DNA of 64,000 bases from NCBI RefSeq assembly GCF_009914755.1, contig NC_060925.1. One strand, given 5' to 3'. Shown here in pieces: positions 1 through 13,547 of this stretch (positions are counted from its first letter, which is position 1; each line of letters opens with the position of its first letter). A program made the position numbers and the translations under genes. The DNA comes from the human T2T-CHM13v2.0 reference genome, Homo sapiens. The notes under the pieces were generated by a model. It was not told the DNA's origin. It made no database searches and saw only the letters and a list, made by a program, of their open reading frames with translations.

Positions 1-21
1 GCTTTTCAGCATGCTTTGTAG

Positions 22-333
<312 letters not shown>

Positions 334-481
334 CTGCAGGCTCCTCTTCTACCTACCCCTTAAGTGTTGGAATTTCTCCTGGACTTGCCCCTGGTATTTT
401 TTTTTTTTTCTGACATTCCATGATTTCAACTAAAGTTTATCTTTAGGCCAGGCCTTTTTCCTGAACTTTCCATTCATGCAC

Positions 482-824
482 TATAGTAATCTACACAGCC
501 TGCCATAATAAAATGCAGTAGATTGGATGGCTTAAACAACATTTATTTCTGACAGTTTTGGAGGCTGAGAAGTCCAAGATTAAGGTGCCAGCCAATTTGG
601 TTCCTGGTGAGAACTCTCTTCTGGTTCGCAAACAGCTGCCTTTTTGCTGTGTCCTCACAGGGTGGAAAGAGAGGGATCTCCTACATCGCTTCTTATAAGG
701 GCATGAATCCCATCATGAGGACTGCATTCTCATGATCTAATTACCTCCCAAAAGCTCATCTCCAAGTGCTATTACATTGGGAGCTAAGGCTTCGACATAT
801 GAACACCAACATTCAGTCCATAAC
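482..824 (-). mobile_element. MaLR LTR (MLT1A/B-like) interrupting an L2 relic
   Basis: Typical MLT1 text: ggcttaaacaacatttatttct..ggaggctg..aagtccaagat..cttataagggc..aacattcagtccataaca. Subfamily from memory. Confidence 0.75.
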
Positions 825-3162
825 ATACCCAACAGCCTAATAGGTATCCCTACTTGACTGTTACACAGACTCTTACAATGTCAACAGGTTTAAAACTGAA
901 CTCATCTTCTTACCTGCAATCCTGCTTCTCCTGGATTTTTCCTATAGGATGCCATTCTCCATTCAGTCACCTGAATCAGATATTTTAAGACTCATCCTGC
1001 ACATATCCCCACCCCCGCCCCCACCACAGACAAGCAAACCCTGTGCTTTCTGCCCCCTGACGATCCTTCGAATCCATCTCTTCTCCATGTTATTGCCATT
1101 GTCTTCACTCAAGCCCTCATATTTTCCACCTAGAGTATCACTTTCTCTCATTGCTGCTGGATCTATCCTCCATACTATATCTAGAGTGAAATTTTGAAGG
1201 ATGAAAATGTTTTGGTATTACTTGCTTTCAGTCCCTCAAGATAAAATGCTGACTCGTCCTGGTCAGGTCCCTCCCTACGGGACCACTTGCATTGCCTGAC
1301 ATGCCGTGGACTTCCTGCCTCTGTGCCTCTCTGCCCCTGCCCCCGCGCCCGGCCAAACCTGACAAATTTTCTGATTCCACCTGGGCTTCTGGCGAGGCCC
1401 TGTCCAAACCCTCTGTGTCTGGGGCTTCTTAGTTCTTGTTATTAGGATCTCCAGGGATGGGAAGTAGATAAGCAGCCTTCTCCTGCAGCCTGTTCTCCTG
1501 TTTTGCTACCCTGTCACTACATTACTTACTTTGTCAGTATTTATGGAACACTTTCTCTGTGCCAGAGAAACATTTTTAGGAAACATGAATGAGACACAGC
1601 CTGGCCTCAAGTCTGTAAGGGAAGACTGATGGCCAGGCACATCCAATATCATGTGCTAAGTGCACAGAACACTGCAGTAGCCCAGCTTCTCCTGATCACT
1701 GATAGAAATTTCACCCTGCTTTTTCCTGTACAGGCATGGAGAACCAAACGCTTAGTTCCCAGCACCACCCACCTACCGACCCTCCATCTCTCAGGCTAAG
1801 CACCCAGCCATCAAGACGGTCACTTCCAGGTGCAGGCTGTGGTAGAAAGCAGGCTGCTCCCTGTGCTCCCCGCCTACTGGCTGACCAAGGGGCAGAAGAG
1901 CTTCCCCTTCCCTGCCCCCACTAGCTGCAGTCAGAACCATCTTTTCTGTTAAACGCCTTTGCAGCCCTCCACAGGACTGTCTCCTCAGCTCCTGGAGTAG
2001 CCAGGAAGAAAACCAAGCCCACTGTTTACTTTCTAAATGCCAGGCTTGTTTCCCTTGATGACTTGTGTAGGTTTGCATAGGAAAACTTCTTAGAACAATT
2101 TGTTCTACAAGGCAAGCACTCAAATGGCCAAGGCCTGGTTGCCTGGGCTAGCTTCAGCACTGGGGCATCAGCTCTGTGTCTCCTGCTTTACATCCACCTG
2201 TTCCATTTTATAATTGGTGCGTGGTCTCTGAAAACTCATGAGAAATCTTATTTAAAGACGGCAGTAATTAACCTAATTGCAAATATAGAAAATGAAAATA
2301 TTTCCTATGAAATGCCCAGGAGTTGTCAGATGTTTTTACAGAATCCCAGAAATAGGATCAAGGAAGGAAGATAAGTAGGAAATAGCAGGGCTTTCATACA
2401 TTGGTATTAAGCAGTATGCTGTGCCTGTGGTTAAATATTAAGTAAAGACATGGCCATTGTCTTCAGTGGAAAGGAAGAAATGTGGGAAGTAGAAAAATTA
2501 GATAAGGAAGCATGGAAAAGCAGCCACCCCATCTCTCTCCTCCTCCCCGTGCCACTTCCTGCAGGCGTCTTCCTGGCTTCTGCTGTTGGTGAGAGGATCA
2601 GGCTCTGAGGGCTGGGAGATTGATACTGTGCTAAAATGCAGCCTCACATCTCCCTGCCTTATTCCTCAGTCATGGAACCCTACCTGTCCATCTAACTGAG
2701 CTTCTAATTCTGTAGTTAAAGAAACATGGCCCAGAGAGTGAGGGGATTTGCTTCTTGTCCAGCAGTTTATTGGAGGCCCAACCTCCTCATTTCTGGACCC
2801 CCGGGCCAGGGCCCTTTCCCTTGACTGCTTCCGTTCCTGAGCTGCGATGACATGGAGATGATCAGCATCCCCTTCTTCCAGTGTACCTTGTCAATATATT
2901 CCTGTGAACCTGGCAAAACTTTTACATCCAGGCTTGAGGAAGTATTGCCTTTTTTTCTGGACTTTGAAAAGATACTAAGATGAGAACATCTTACTGGGCT
3001 GGAAATGCACTTTAACGTACTTGAGTGAAAAGATGTGTGAAAATGTTACAAAGCCAGTGGCATCCCTAGGCTCAACATGCCTGAAAGCTAAAGTATTAGG
3101 AAAGGAGGACTTTGTTCTCGGTGTTTTCATTCTCTTCCCTCCCTCCCCTGTTGTTCCTGCAG

Positions 3163-3329
3163 GCCGCCAGCTCACTGGAGCCGAGAGGGCCTCCACGGCC
3201 ACTGCAGAGGAGACTGACATCGATGCGGTGGAGGTCCCACTTCCAGGGAATGATGTCCTGGAATTCAGCCGAGGTGTGACTGATCTAGATGCTGTAGGGA
3301 AGGAAGGAGGCTCTCACACAGGCTCCAAG
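3163..3329 (+). CDS. NOS1AP: NOS1AP internal coding exon (exon 7 of the long isoform)
   Basis: Acceptor cctgcag| and donor aag|gtaggc; 167 nt; encodes (G)RQLTGAERASTATAEETDIDAVEVPLPGNDVLEFSRGVTDLDAVGKEGGSHTGSK. Confidence 0.96.
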
Positions 3330-4939
3330 GTAGGCAAGAGATGGCCCATCTGTGTGATCTGCACACGTGTGCCCTCAGGTCATCAGTCACTTCCTAGCCC
3401 CTGCCAGCTCAGCTTCCGAGTGAGGCACTCCATGGCACAGTGGCGGTGCCAGAGCGCACTTCATTGCCTTTCAGAAGGTCTGACTTCCAGAGGGTCTGAA
3501 CACTAGATGCTGCTGCAGGCCAGGATGCTGTGGAGCTGATTCCTGACACACATCGCCCTCCCCAAATCCCACCAATATTTGGTCTCCTACTCCCTGGCAC
3601 CCTCTTCCCTTAACAGCATCTCATCTTTGCACAGTATTTTGCAAGGCTCACTCTGGCACACACACACACACACAGACTCCCCTGTGACTTAGCTAGTAGA
3701 GCAAAGTCAGTTTGGGCCCGCTCTGCCTGCAGTAGCGGTGGTATACCGTTGGTAATTCCTGTGGATAGCACTTTGGAGTCTGGAAGTTGGCCCACTGGAT
3801 GTTAGAAACTGAGAGACCACCTTAGTCTTCATCAGCTCTAACCTAACATCATATAGGTGAGATGACTGTGGCATCTGGGGGTTCCTAATGTGATCCAATT
3901 AAGAAACTAAGAACTTGAGATCAAATTCCAACCTGAAGCCAAAGCTAATTAAAAATGTTTTAAACCCAGAAGCAAAATTACTGACCAATAGCTCTACCCT
4001 TAGATTCCCAGGTGGTTTATATCAGGGCACCTCTCTCTCTTTAACATTCATATCTTATCTCACATGGAGGTTTGGAGGGCAGTTCAGTTCTAAACTAGCT
4101 GCCTGACGTTTCCTTTGGAACCAGTTTATCCTCTACAAGTGGAAACAGCCCTGTGTCACTGGGGGCCTTCCTTGTGTATGTCTGAAGAAGTCCCCACAGC
4201 AGAACTGCCAGAAACAAAATGTCTTTCCCTGCCATGGAATTCTATGAATCGTAGAAGCCATCTTGGTAAAAATGTCCACAGGAGAGGGAGACAGAAGGAA
4301 AGGAGGGAAGGACACAGGAACTTCTTTCATCTAAGAGGATCTCTCCAGATCATTATATATTTTAGGATCCAAACTTCTTTGCCGATGGTTCTCACCAGAG
4401 GCAGTGGAGGGCAGGAGGTAGCCCCCTCACATGGCCCCTTCCTCCAGGACCCAGCTCCACGCTTCTCCCAACAAGGGAGAAGGAACATCTCAGACCCTGG
4501 AGGAGGGAGCCCTAAGGACACAGCAGAGTAGAGGATTGAAGCTGGGTCCTTCCTGTTATCATGGTAGGGTGGATGGAAGCTACGTTTTCCTAAAATAGAT
4601 TCTTCTAAGTCTAGAACCTCAAGGAACTCAGTGACAGGGTATCATTGGAAGTGGTGGGCAAGAGATGGAGCAGTATCAGCCATCAGTCTCCCATCGGGGT
4701 CAGTTACCGAGGTGTCCCCCTAGTCCCCCTACGATTTTCTGACTGTGTGGTATCAGCCCAGGCAGCTACACCATTTCCTTTCTGGGCCTCTACTCCCATT
4801 TCCATTGAAGATATAGTGCTGTCAGCTTATGGGTTGTAAGTGTGCCAATTTGCTCCTCCTGAGTGCATGCCAAAGAGAGGGAGGCCCCTCAAGATGGCTC
4901 CTGCCACATGTCATGTCCTGTCTTCTCCTTCTCCTCCAG

Positions 4940-5116
4940 GTTTCGCACCCCCAGGAGCCCATGCTGACAGCCTCACCCAGGATGCTGCTCCCTTCTTCTT
5001 CCTCGAAGCCTCCAGGCCTGGGCACAGAGACACCGCTGTCCACTCACCACCAGATGCAGCTCCTCCAGCAGCTCCTCCAGCAGCAGCAGCAGCAGACACA
5101 AGTGGCTGTGGCCCAG
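4940..5116 (+). CDS. NOS1AP: NOS1AP exon 8 (Ser/Pro-rich, poly-Gln, start of coiled coil)
   Basis: Acceptor ctcctccag| and donor cag|gttctc; 177 nt; encodes VSHPQEPMLTASPRM...QQLLQQQQQQTQVAVAQ, in phase with the flanking exons. Confidence 0.95.
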
Positions 5117-8100
5117 GTTCTCCTCAGCCTCCTCCCTACTTCGCAGGCTCCACTCTCATGGGCTTGATGCACCTTCCCTAGCGAGGGGCTCAGGGCAGGT
5201 TTAAAATCTAGGGAGTCATAAGGAATCGCTCATGCTATTGGATCATTGCTTGTTGGGGAGTGGGGGCAGCGGGAGGGGGATAGATGGGGGATGCAGTTGA
5301 AATGGAGAGGCACATTTTGGTTTCCCATGTATCCCCTGCTCTGAGCTGGGCTTGGCTGGCTTGGCTGAATGTTGTTAATGACTTGAACTGACCAAGGGAA
5401 AAGATGCACACAATTCCACCCTTCCTTTCCTGCCTTACTTTCCTGATATTTGGGGTGGAAAGTGATGCCTTTGGAGTCAGAACAGTTGTGGCTTTATGAT
5501 ACCACTCTTAAAACAGCTTAAAGTATGAATTTGTGCCAAACACTGTTGTAAAAAGATTACTACCCTAGCATCCCAGTCTCCGTGTCTATAACAGGTTTCC
5601 CAGCCTTCATTACGATCTACTTATTCCAGGCAGTATTTGATTGGAATTCATTATTGTAGGATTTAACTTACAGGAATTTAGGTGTATTATTTGAGCCATA
5701 ATGAAAAGAATTGGCTTAGATCTCAGAATCAAGGTGGTGTTTGTACCCCAAAAAACTTGTTCGGGGGCTGCTACATTGTAGGGGAGGGCGAGCTGATTTC
5801 CCTTGCTGCTTTCAGCAGGGATTCTTCTTGTTTGCTTTCTATAGAGGGCGCTGTAGTCCACATCTTTCTTGGGAAGTCTGAGCTCCCTCTCTACCACCAG
5901 CACTCAGGGAATGGTGAAGACATTCATTCATACCCAAGGCTGAATCCTGAGGCGAGAGGCAGGGTCAGGGCCTGATGAGTGCATGAAGATCTTAGGAGAG
6001 GGGGCAGTTGGGGCTTGGAAGAATTGGTAAAGGATCTGGAAAGGCAGCCTGCATCAACATTCTAAATCTGCTTGACCAGACTGTTGACCACTTAGGTTTT
6101 CTGCATTCTAGAATGGCGGGGAGCAGACTTCTCCAGGGAGCACTTATTGCTCTCTGTTATGTCTTCTTCTTACTCTTGTCCTGGCTCTTGAGTGGACTGA
6201 ATCATCCAGCCAGAGATATCCTTTCCACCTTTCCACCTTGAGGAGGCATCCGGCGTCCTGGCCATAACAGGATCTGCTATGACTCAGGGTTTGAAGAAGA
6301 CCTTCTTGTAACACGGTCTCTCCTGACCTGGGCCTGAGATGCAAGGCTCATGGATGACTTTTGCAGCCAGGTTTCAGGAGAGTAGAGTCAATGGGACACA
6401 GCTCTCAAGTTATCGGAGTCTTTTTAAAAAGTCTTACCATGAAACAAAAGGATATCTCGTGATGCTAGGAGGATTTGCAGGTGTTCCCAAAACAGCAACA
6501 GAGAGGGGGAATGTCATTAATGGCTTCTTATATTTGGAGAAAAAAAATCATTTCTCTTTGTCAAATAAAAGAATCCATCTCCTGTAGTTAATGATGGCAC
6601 AGCAGTCTGAGAATCCCCTCCCTAGTGTGACAGTTGACAGGAGCACAAAGACTAAGCACTGCAGCACGGGTCCATTCTCAGACTCATTTCATTTCCACAA
6701 GTTTCCCATTGAATACAGAACATAATACTTTTATTTTGCAGCGTATCAATTGCCAAGTAATTATTATTTATCTAAGAGTGGGCTTGATGCATATTCATGA
6801 TATGATTTTATCAGGGAGGCATTTGAATTCGAAGTCACTGCTAAGTACTAGAGAGAAACTATTTGCAAATGTGTAATCCACACAATAGTGTTGTGGCGGT
6901 GGAAGGAAGCATTCAATCTCCAAAGCAACAAGACATGTAACTTATCACAGGTCTACTACAGTCAGGATGAAACCTTAAGAGTAGTTTTCTGGTATAGAAT
7001 CAATTGTCAGTCTCCATGGGAAATCCTGCCCTGGCCCTGTTTTAATTGTGTCTCTCCTAGAAGACAATGAATCTAGGGGAAGGAAAGGGTGTGGTATTAG
7101 AGATTTGCTTCATGAGCCTCTCTCGGTTCCACATGTCCACAGGCTGAGCACCCTTAGCCTCTCACTCACTTGGAATCTGTTGAATATAGTTGCCCTGCTT
7201 GACTCTCAATACAAGCAGTGTGGTGATCAAAAGGCCACCATACTGCATCTGTGTCCCACATTTGTGAGATGACTTTAGGGAGAGTCTTAGGCTTCCAAAA
7301 TCATCAGATAGGACGTTGGGGTCATCTGATAGGTTCTTGAACATACTCCTGTACCTCTGTCTGCCATGCCCATCTGTCTCTGACTACCTTCTTTCTGTTC
7401 GCATCTTGCTTTTGCTGTCCAGGACCACAGCAGGGATATTGTACATTTCAGCTGGCTTTCAGCTCTCCTGTCCTGCAGACGGATTCGGTCCTAAACTGAC
7501 CTTCAGTTAGAGGTTTCTCCGCACACTGTTCATTCTTCCACTTTCTTTGTAGTGTTTAATTCAAGGGCTTTTTTACTAGTGTCTATATCCTTGGGTAAAA
7601 ACAATTACGTAAGATGTAGCTGGATTAATAGGTGGGTCTTCTTGGCATCTTTCACACATTTGAAATAGACCAAGTATAGCAAGCTTGGTTTCTCTACGCG
7701 GGGGGGGGCTGATTTCAGTTTCCAGCACGAGGTCAGCTCTTACTTGTTCTGTCAGACTCTGTTGCCACCAAACTGCAAGGCTTCTGTCTGTCTTTATTAA
7801 ACTACCAGCAGTCCCCAGAATTCCAGTGAGTAAAACTATGACCTCAGCCTTTCAGGTGGGAATAGTTTCCTTCTCTCGGAGAGCATCCAAATCCTCCTAT
7901 GTTGTTCCTGGATAAAAATCTAAGGATAAAGACAGTTTCTTGCAGACAAGTGTACCCTTGATGTCACTTGTTGCACTATTTATGTCGTCCCCCCCCCACC
8001 ACCCCCATTTCTTCCCACAGACTAGTCTAGTTCTGCTGTTGCCATGGGGACCAGGCTTAGGTTTCCTTCACAGTGTCCTGATTTGGTCTAAGACTGCAAG

Positions 8101-10147
8101 ACCTCTCCCAGCCTCACCCTAAATTGGTTCTGAGCTGGTCTCAAAGGGGCCCGCCCTGACCTTAAAGGTATATGGGCAAAGGTGGTATTCAACCAACTCT
8201 TAAGTATTTCCGGGTTAGACCTCAGTGGGTAAGTAGTGAATACCCAAGTCCCTCTGACCGCTCTTCCGACCCAGCATGAGGCTTGCCTGGCTGCACTAGC
8301 TTCCTGCTTTTAGGTGGACCAGAAGTTCAAGGGTGTGAATGAGAGTATAGCTAAGCCTCGAAGCGAAGCTGGGATGTAGCTGGCACCTGCATGGCCATGG
8401 GCTGGGCCGACATAGTCTCAGAACTGATCTGGGCACTGTGGCTGATTGGCAAGTGTTAAGTAGGCCAGGTCTATTCACAGTTTGCCAATTCCCAGCCTTT
8501 TTCCTGAGGAAAGTGTTAGTACAGTTCAGTATTGCTATTTAAAGATTTCTCCTCTACCTGCTGCCACTTCTGTTTGTTCAGGAACAAGGAATTGGTTATT
8601 TATGCTTCGCAATCATGTATGCTGTAGTTAGAGGAACAGTGCTAACAAAACTCCGCATCCCCACCCCAGGCCCTCTATTTAGCATATGTCCCTGTGGCTT
8701 CTCCCAGTCCCCAGCACGCTGGCATGCACTGCCCAAGTCCCTGCCATGTGCATGCTGAGACAGCGGCGCCTGCCTCTGCTTCTGTGTCCAGTGTGTGGTG
8801 GGGCAAATTGCTCTGGTTCTCTCCACTGCCATTTCCATGTGCCTGCTACTCCCTAACTTCAGCCTGGCCCTGCCCTCACTTCTGATGGAGGAGCTGGAGT
8901 CCAGGCAAGTAAGCTGGAGAGTGAGGGCGCCAATGGTCTGGTGTGGCTGGGTGGGTTGAGGGTGGGTTTCAGAGTTTGGGAAAGCAGTGTAGAGCTGGAG
9001 GGTGCAGGGCTGAACTTTTGTGTGTCATGATGAGGCCAGAGTGCAGAGCTGGACATCTGAGCCCTGGCACTCGGGACGTGGCCGTAGTGTCACATCACTC
9101 TGTGCCACATCACTGACTTAGTATGTAAGTACAACATTCATTGCCAAAGACAACACAGTTCTGCAAAGGAGACACTAATTTGTACCTTTCCAGAAAGAAA
9201 TATGGTCTGCTTTTACAAAAGGGGCTTAATTCTTTGAAAGAAAAGCATGCTAAATACAAAAAAAAAATCCCATCTGGTGGGGAGGAGGTGGTGCTCTCTG
9301 CCCCTGTTGTATGAATGGGGAAACAAAGCACAGAGGGCTGTAGCAGACTGCCCAAACCAAGGTTTCACGTAACGCTGCCTCGTTTCAGTGCTTCAAGTTC
9401 GAGCCTACATAGTTATAAAATGCTGCACCTCAAAGTTAAAAGAAGTCCAGGCTATTTTGTCTCAGTATGGCCTGGTTTGGGTTCTCCTGCAGCACAGCCT
9501 GCCACAGCTTGAGGTTTGAGCCTTATGCCCAGTACCACTTTTGACAGCTGCAGAAGCAGAGGGCTCATTAGTGCTGGCTCAGGCAGTAGCAGCAGTGAGT
9601 GCTCACATATTCACAGGACTTGAAAATACCTGAAATAGTGTAACTGGGTTTACAGAGGTAAAACTCTTATTTAATCTGGTACAAGGAGCATTTTCTCATG
9701 GCACTTGGTGCCAATGGATCTGCGATGGGAAGCATTTGAGTCAAAGGTCTTCTTCTAGGTATTGCTGGTACTCCACCATTGAACTTGGGTACCTGCAAAA
9801 AAAGCTTTCAATTTTTTTCCTGGCTTCTGTAAGAGGGGACTTTTCCTTCACCCTCAATTCTAATTCTGACTTCACAATGGGGAACTGAGAGTTTTCTTCA
9901 ATGAGCCATTAACAAATTGCCTCCAGTACTGACCACAATGTCAACCTGGATGTAGAATTATCAACTGTCTCAGCCTCAAGCCAGTCCTCTCGGTTGACAG
10001 ATGGAGAAACTGAGGTCCAGAGAGAAGTGAGTTGTCTACAACTGCCTAGGGAGTACCCAACAGACAAGCACTCCAGCTCCTGGTCTGGTGCATTCAAATG
10101 GCCTGTCCTGTTGGGATGTTCAGACTGGAAAGCAGGAAACTGACTCT

Positions 10148-10519
<372 letters not shown>

Positions 10520-10897
10520 TTAGAGGTATGCAGGATTCTCTACTTTCTTTGTTTATATCTGCTGAAAGACTTTGTTCCACATTTCTCTCTGGTTGGTTTG
10601 GTTCCAAAGAAAATGGAAGATGAATAATTTAGTAATTTTATTTGCTCAGTAGGTTCCTTTCGATGCCACTCTTTGTTGGGATAAGTAACGGTACTCATAA
10701 GTGCAAGATTAAGCTTACCCTTCTCTGAGGCTTATCTGTGGGCTTCCCATAGCAGTTGTCCTGTTCCTTAGAACCAAATAGATTTGGGGGACCCCCAGCT
10801 GAAATTTCTCCATGCCTCCCTTTCCAAAGAGGAGAAAACCTTAATAGCCACCCACCATCTGACATCCAGATTACAATATTATTGACATTTCTTTCCC

Positions 10898-11749
10898 TGT
10901 TGAGTGGATATAGGAAGAAACAAACTCAGTTTCTTCCTGCTATACTGTCACAACATACTTCTATGACCAAATGTATGGGGCTTTTTCCCACACACCAAGC
11001 AAGCAAGCAGTTCTGCAGAGGGCACACAGTGTCCTCTAACTCAGTTTGATTCTGATACTATCTACCTGGAAACAGCATCAGATCCCACAGTTTGAGGGCT
11101 CAATCCCACAAGACTTTCCCCCATTTCAGACACCAATCACAAGTAATAGTTTGTCACCTACACCTCTGACCAAGTGGCTATAAATTGGTGTTCCCACTAC
11201 CCTCTCCTTGGACTCAACTGATTTGCTAGAGCAACTGACAGAACTCAGGAAAACACCTACATTTACTGGTTTATTTTAAAGGATATTATAAGGGATACCA
11301 ATGAACACCAGATGGAAGAGATGCATAGGGCAGGGTCTGTGGGAAGGGTGGCAGAGCTCCCATGCCCTCCCAACGTGCACCACCCTCCAGGAACCTCTAA
11401 ATGTTCAGCTGCCCGGCAGCTCCCCACACCCAGTCCTTTTGAGTTTTTAATGGAGGCTTTATTATGTAGGCATGATTGATTACATCATTGGCCACTGGTG
11501 ATTAGTTTAACTTTTAGCCCCTCATCTCCTGGAGGTTGGGGCGTGGGACTGAAAAATCCTATCCTCTAATCATACCTTGGTCTGTCCTGTGAGCAGCCCC
11601 CATCCCGAAGCTTCCAGGGGTTCCCCAACCACTAATCATCTAATAAGCATACAAAAAACACTCTTACCACTCTGGAGATCTCAAGGGTTTGGGGAGCTAT
11701 ATGTCAGGAAACAGGGATGAAGACCAAACATGTATTTCACTGTATCACA
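10898..11749. mobile_element. Solo LTR, MER21-like
   Basis: tg...ca termini and characteristic text (gatactatctacctgga..gcatcagatcccacag..ttgctagagc..cagaactcaggaaaacac). Family assignment from memory. Confidence 0.7.
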
Positions 11750-13035
11750 CCTGTTCTCACCCCTCCCCAGATCTTCTCTCAATTAATATGAGACAAAAAA
11801 ATGAGTCTGACTTCTTGACCAAAATATCAGTTCTGTCCTTAGCAGCTTTATGGAGGACAGATTTAGTTTAAATTCCTTAGGCATTATGCCCCTGTGGCTC
11901 CACTCAATCAGAAATAGGGTCAACGGCAAGGTCAGGGCCTCCAATCTGGGCAAGAGGGAGGCAGCCACGGTATCCACAAGTGTAATTCTCTGAGTGCTGG
12001 TTGCTGGGAGGGGCACACCCTGGGCCAGCAAGTCACTTGGCCAAGGGTGGCCAACTGTGAGGTAGCACTGCCCTTTACTCCCTAAAAAAATGTGAATCTC
12101 TTTGGAGCAAACTCCTCTTCAGAAATTTGAGCACTTGTTTTCTGAGCAAGGGAATCAGCTAATGCTTTTGACTCCCCGTCCATCTTCCTGCATCCTCGTC
12201 CCACCTCTCCTGCCCCCACTCACCTGGCTCTGTCTTTACCCACACCATGGTTTTGGTACAAGAACACCCTTTTCCCCATAAGCTACACTGGTCCAGGCCA
12301 TAAAAATTCATTAGTTCCCTTTCTTCAGGGGCCTTCTGAAATGCTCCCTGGAGAACTCTTTATTCACTTCTTTGCACAAGAATCACATATGTGTGAACAC
12401 TGGTATTGGCCTTCTAACTCAGTTTCTTCAAACCAGGGTCCTGGTCTGGTTGCCCCTGTCTCCTCCCACTGAGTTTTATCTCCACATAAGTATTGCTCAC
12501 CAAGAACAGAGCTGTTGACACCACTGGGCCTCAAGCATGCTGAATGCATTGCTGCCAACTGCTCTGCCTTAAGAAGGTTGGAAACTGATGAGGGTGCCAC
12601 AAATTGTTCACCTCAGCCCTTCTGGGCTGGTTGGAGGAGGCCCTCTCATGAATCAGTCAGCAAATGTTTGACCCCTACCAGGTGGTCCTGGTAATATGTG
12701 GTATGAATCATGGTCCTAGATGTCTGCCATAGCAAATAAAAAAGGAAGACAGGGAAAGAAGCTGTCGCCTACAGAGTGGCTTGATGACAGCTGCCTCACT
12801 AATTTAAAAAGCCATGTGTAGTGCTTCCTATTTCTCACTATGTTTGGGTGAGTGGGAGAGGGAGAAAGATTATATGGGCTTCGTTGTGACACTGTTCTTA
12901 GCCAGTGGGTCAATAGATGAGTTTTGGTTTTGTTTTTTAGAAGACAGGATGAGAAGAGAGTGCCCCCTTCCACCTCCAACATGGCATGCCATGCTAGGTG
13001 CTGAAGGAGTTCTCTAAGCAGGGATGGAGCACCGT

Positions 13036-13084
13036 GCGTGTGTGTGTGTATATGTGCACGTGTGTGTGTACGTGTGTGTGTGTG
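13036..13084. repeat. Imperfect (TG)n microsatellite upstream of the CAPON-S start
   Basis: tgcgtgtgtgtgtgtatatgtgcacgtgtgtgtgtacgtgtgtgtgtgtg. Confidence 0.9.
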
Positions 13085-13327
13085 GCAGGTCTAGAGGGTC
13101 GATGGCTCTTTCCTGCCTCTTGCCCTTGGTATGGGTACCTTAGTGATGCATCATGGCCCTCCCTTAGGACACACAGCTTCGCAGTGCCAGTGAACCCACT
13201 CCTTTTGGCTCCTCCTCTGGAATGATAAGCCCAGATGCCCATGCTGCCCGTGAAGGGCTTCTTCTTGAACTGAATGTGGAGGGCATCTCTGGTCCCGGCC
13301 ATCTGCCAGTGACTCTCATGTGCATTC

Positions 13328-13381
13328 ATGTCCCTCTCTTCTCTCTGTCCTGTCTTCTCTGCCGCTGCCTCTTCTCTGCAG
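13328..13381 (+). CDS. NOS1AP: Unique 18-aa N-terminus of the short isoform CAPON-S ([18 protein letters not shown])
   Basis: ATG at 13328 is in frame with exon 9; 13328-13547 plus 15030-15445 = 636 nt = 211 aa, matching the short isoform as I recall it. Confidence 0.85.
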
Positions 13382-13547
13382 GTACACTTGCTGAAGGACC
13401 AGTTGGCTGCTGAGGCTGCGGCGCGGCTGGAGGCCCAGGCTCGCGTGCATCAGCTTTTGCTGCAGAACAAGGACATGCTCCAGCACATCTCCCTGCTGGT
13501 CAAGCAGGTGCAAGAGCTGGAACTGAAGCTGTCAGGACAGAACGCCA
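13382..13547 (+). CDS. NOS1AP: NOS1AP exon 9 (coiled coil)
   Basis: Acceptor tctgcag| and donor cca|gtaagc; 166 nt; encodes [55 protein letters not shown]. Confidence 0.97.

Noticed and set aside
5060-5096. CAG run as an expansion-prone polyQ tract
   Set aside because: It is short (six CAG) and interrupted by CTC CTC upstream; there is no evidence of instability from the sequence alone.
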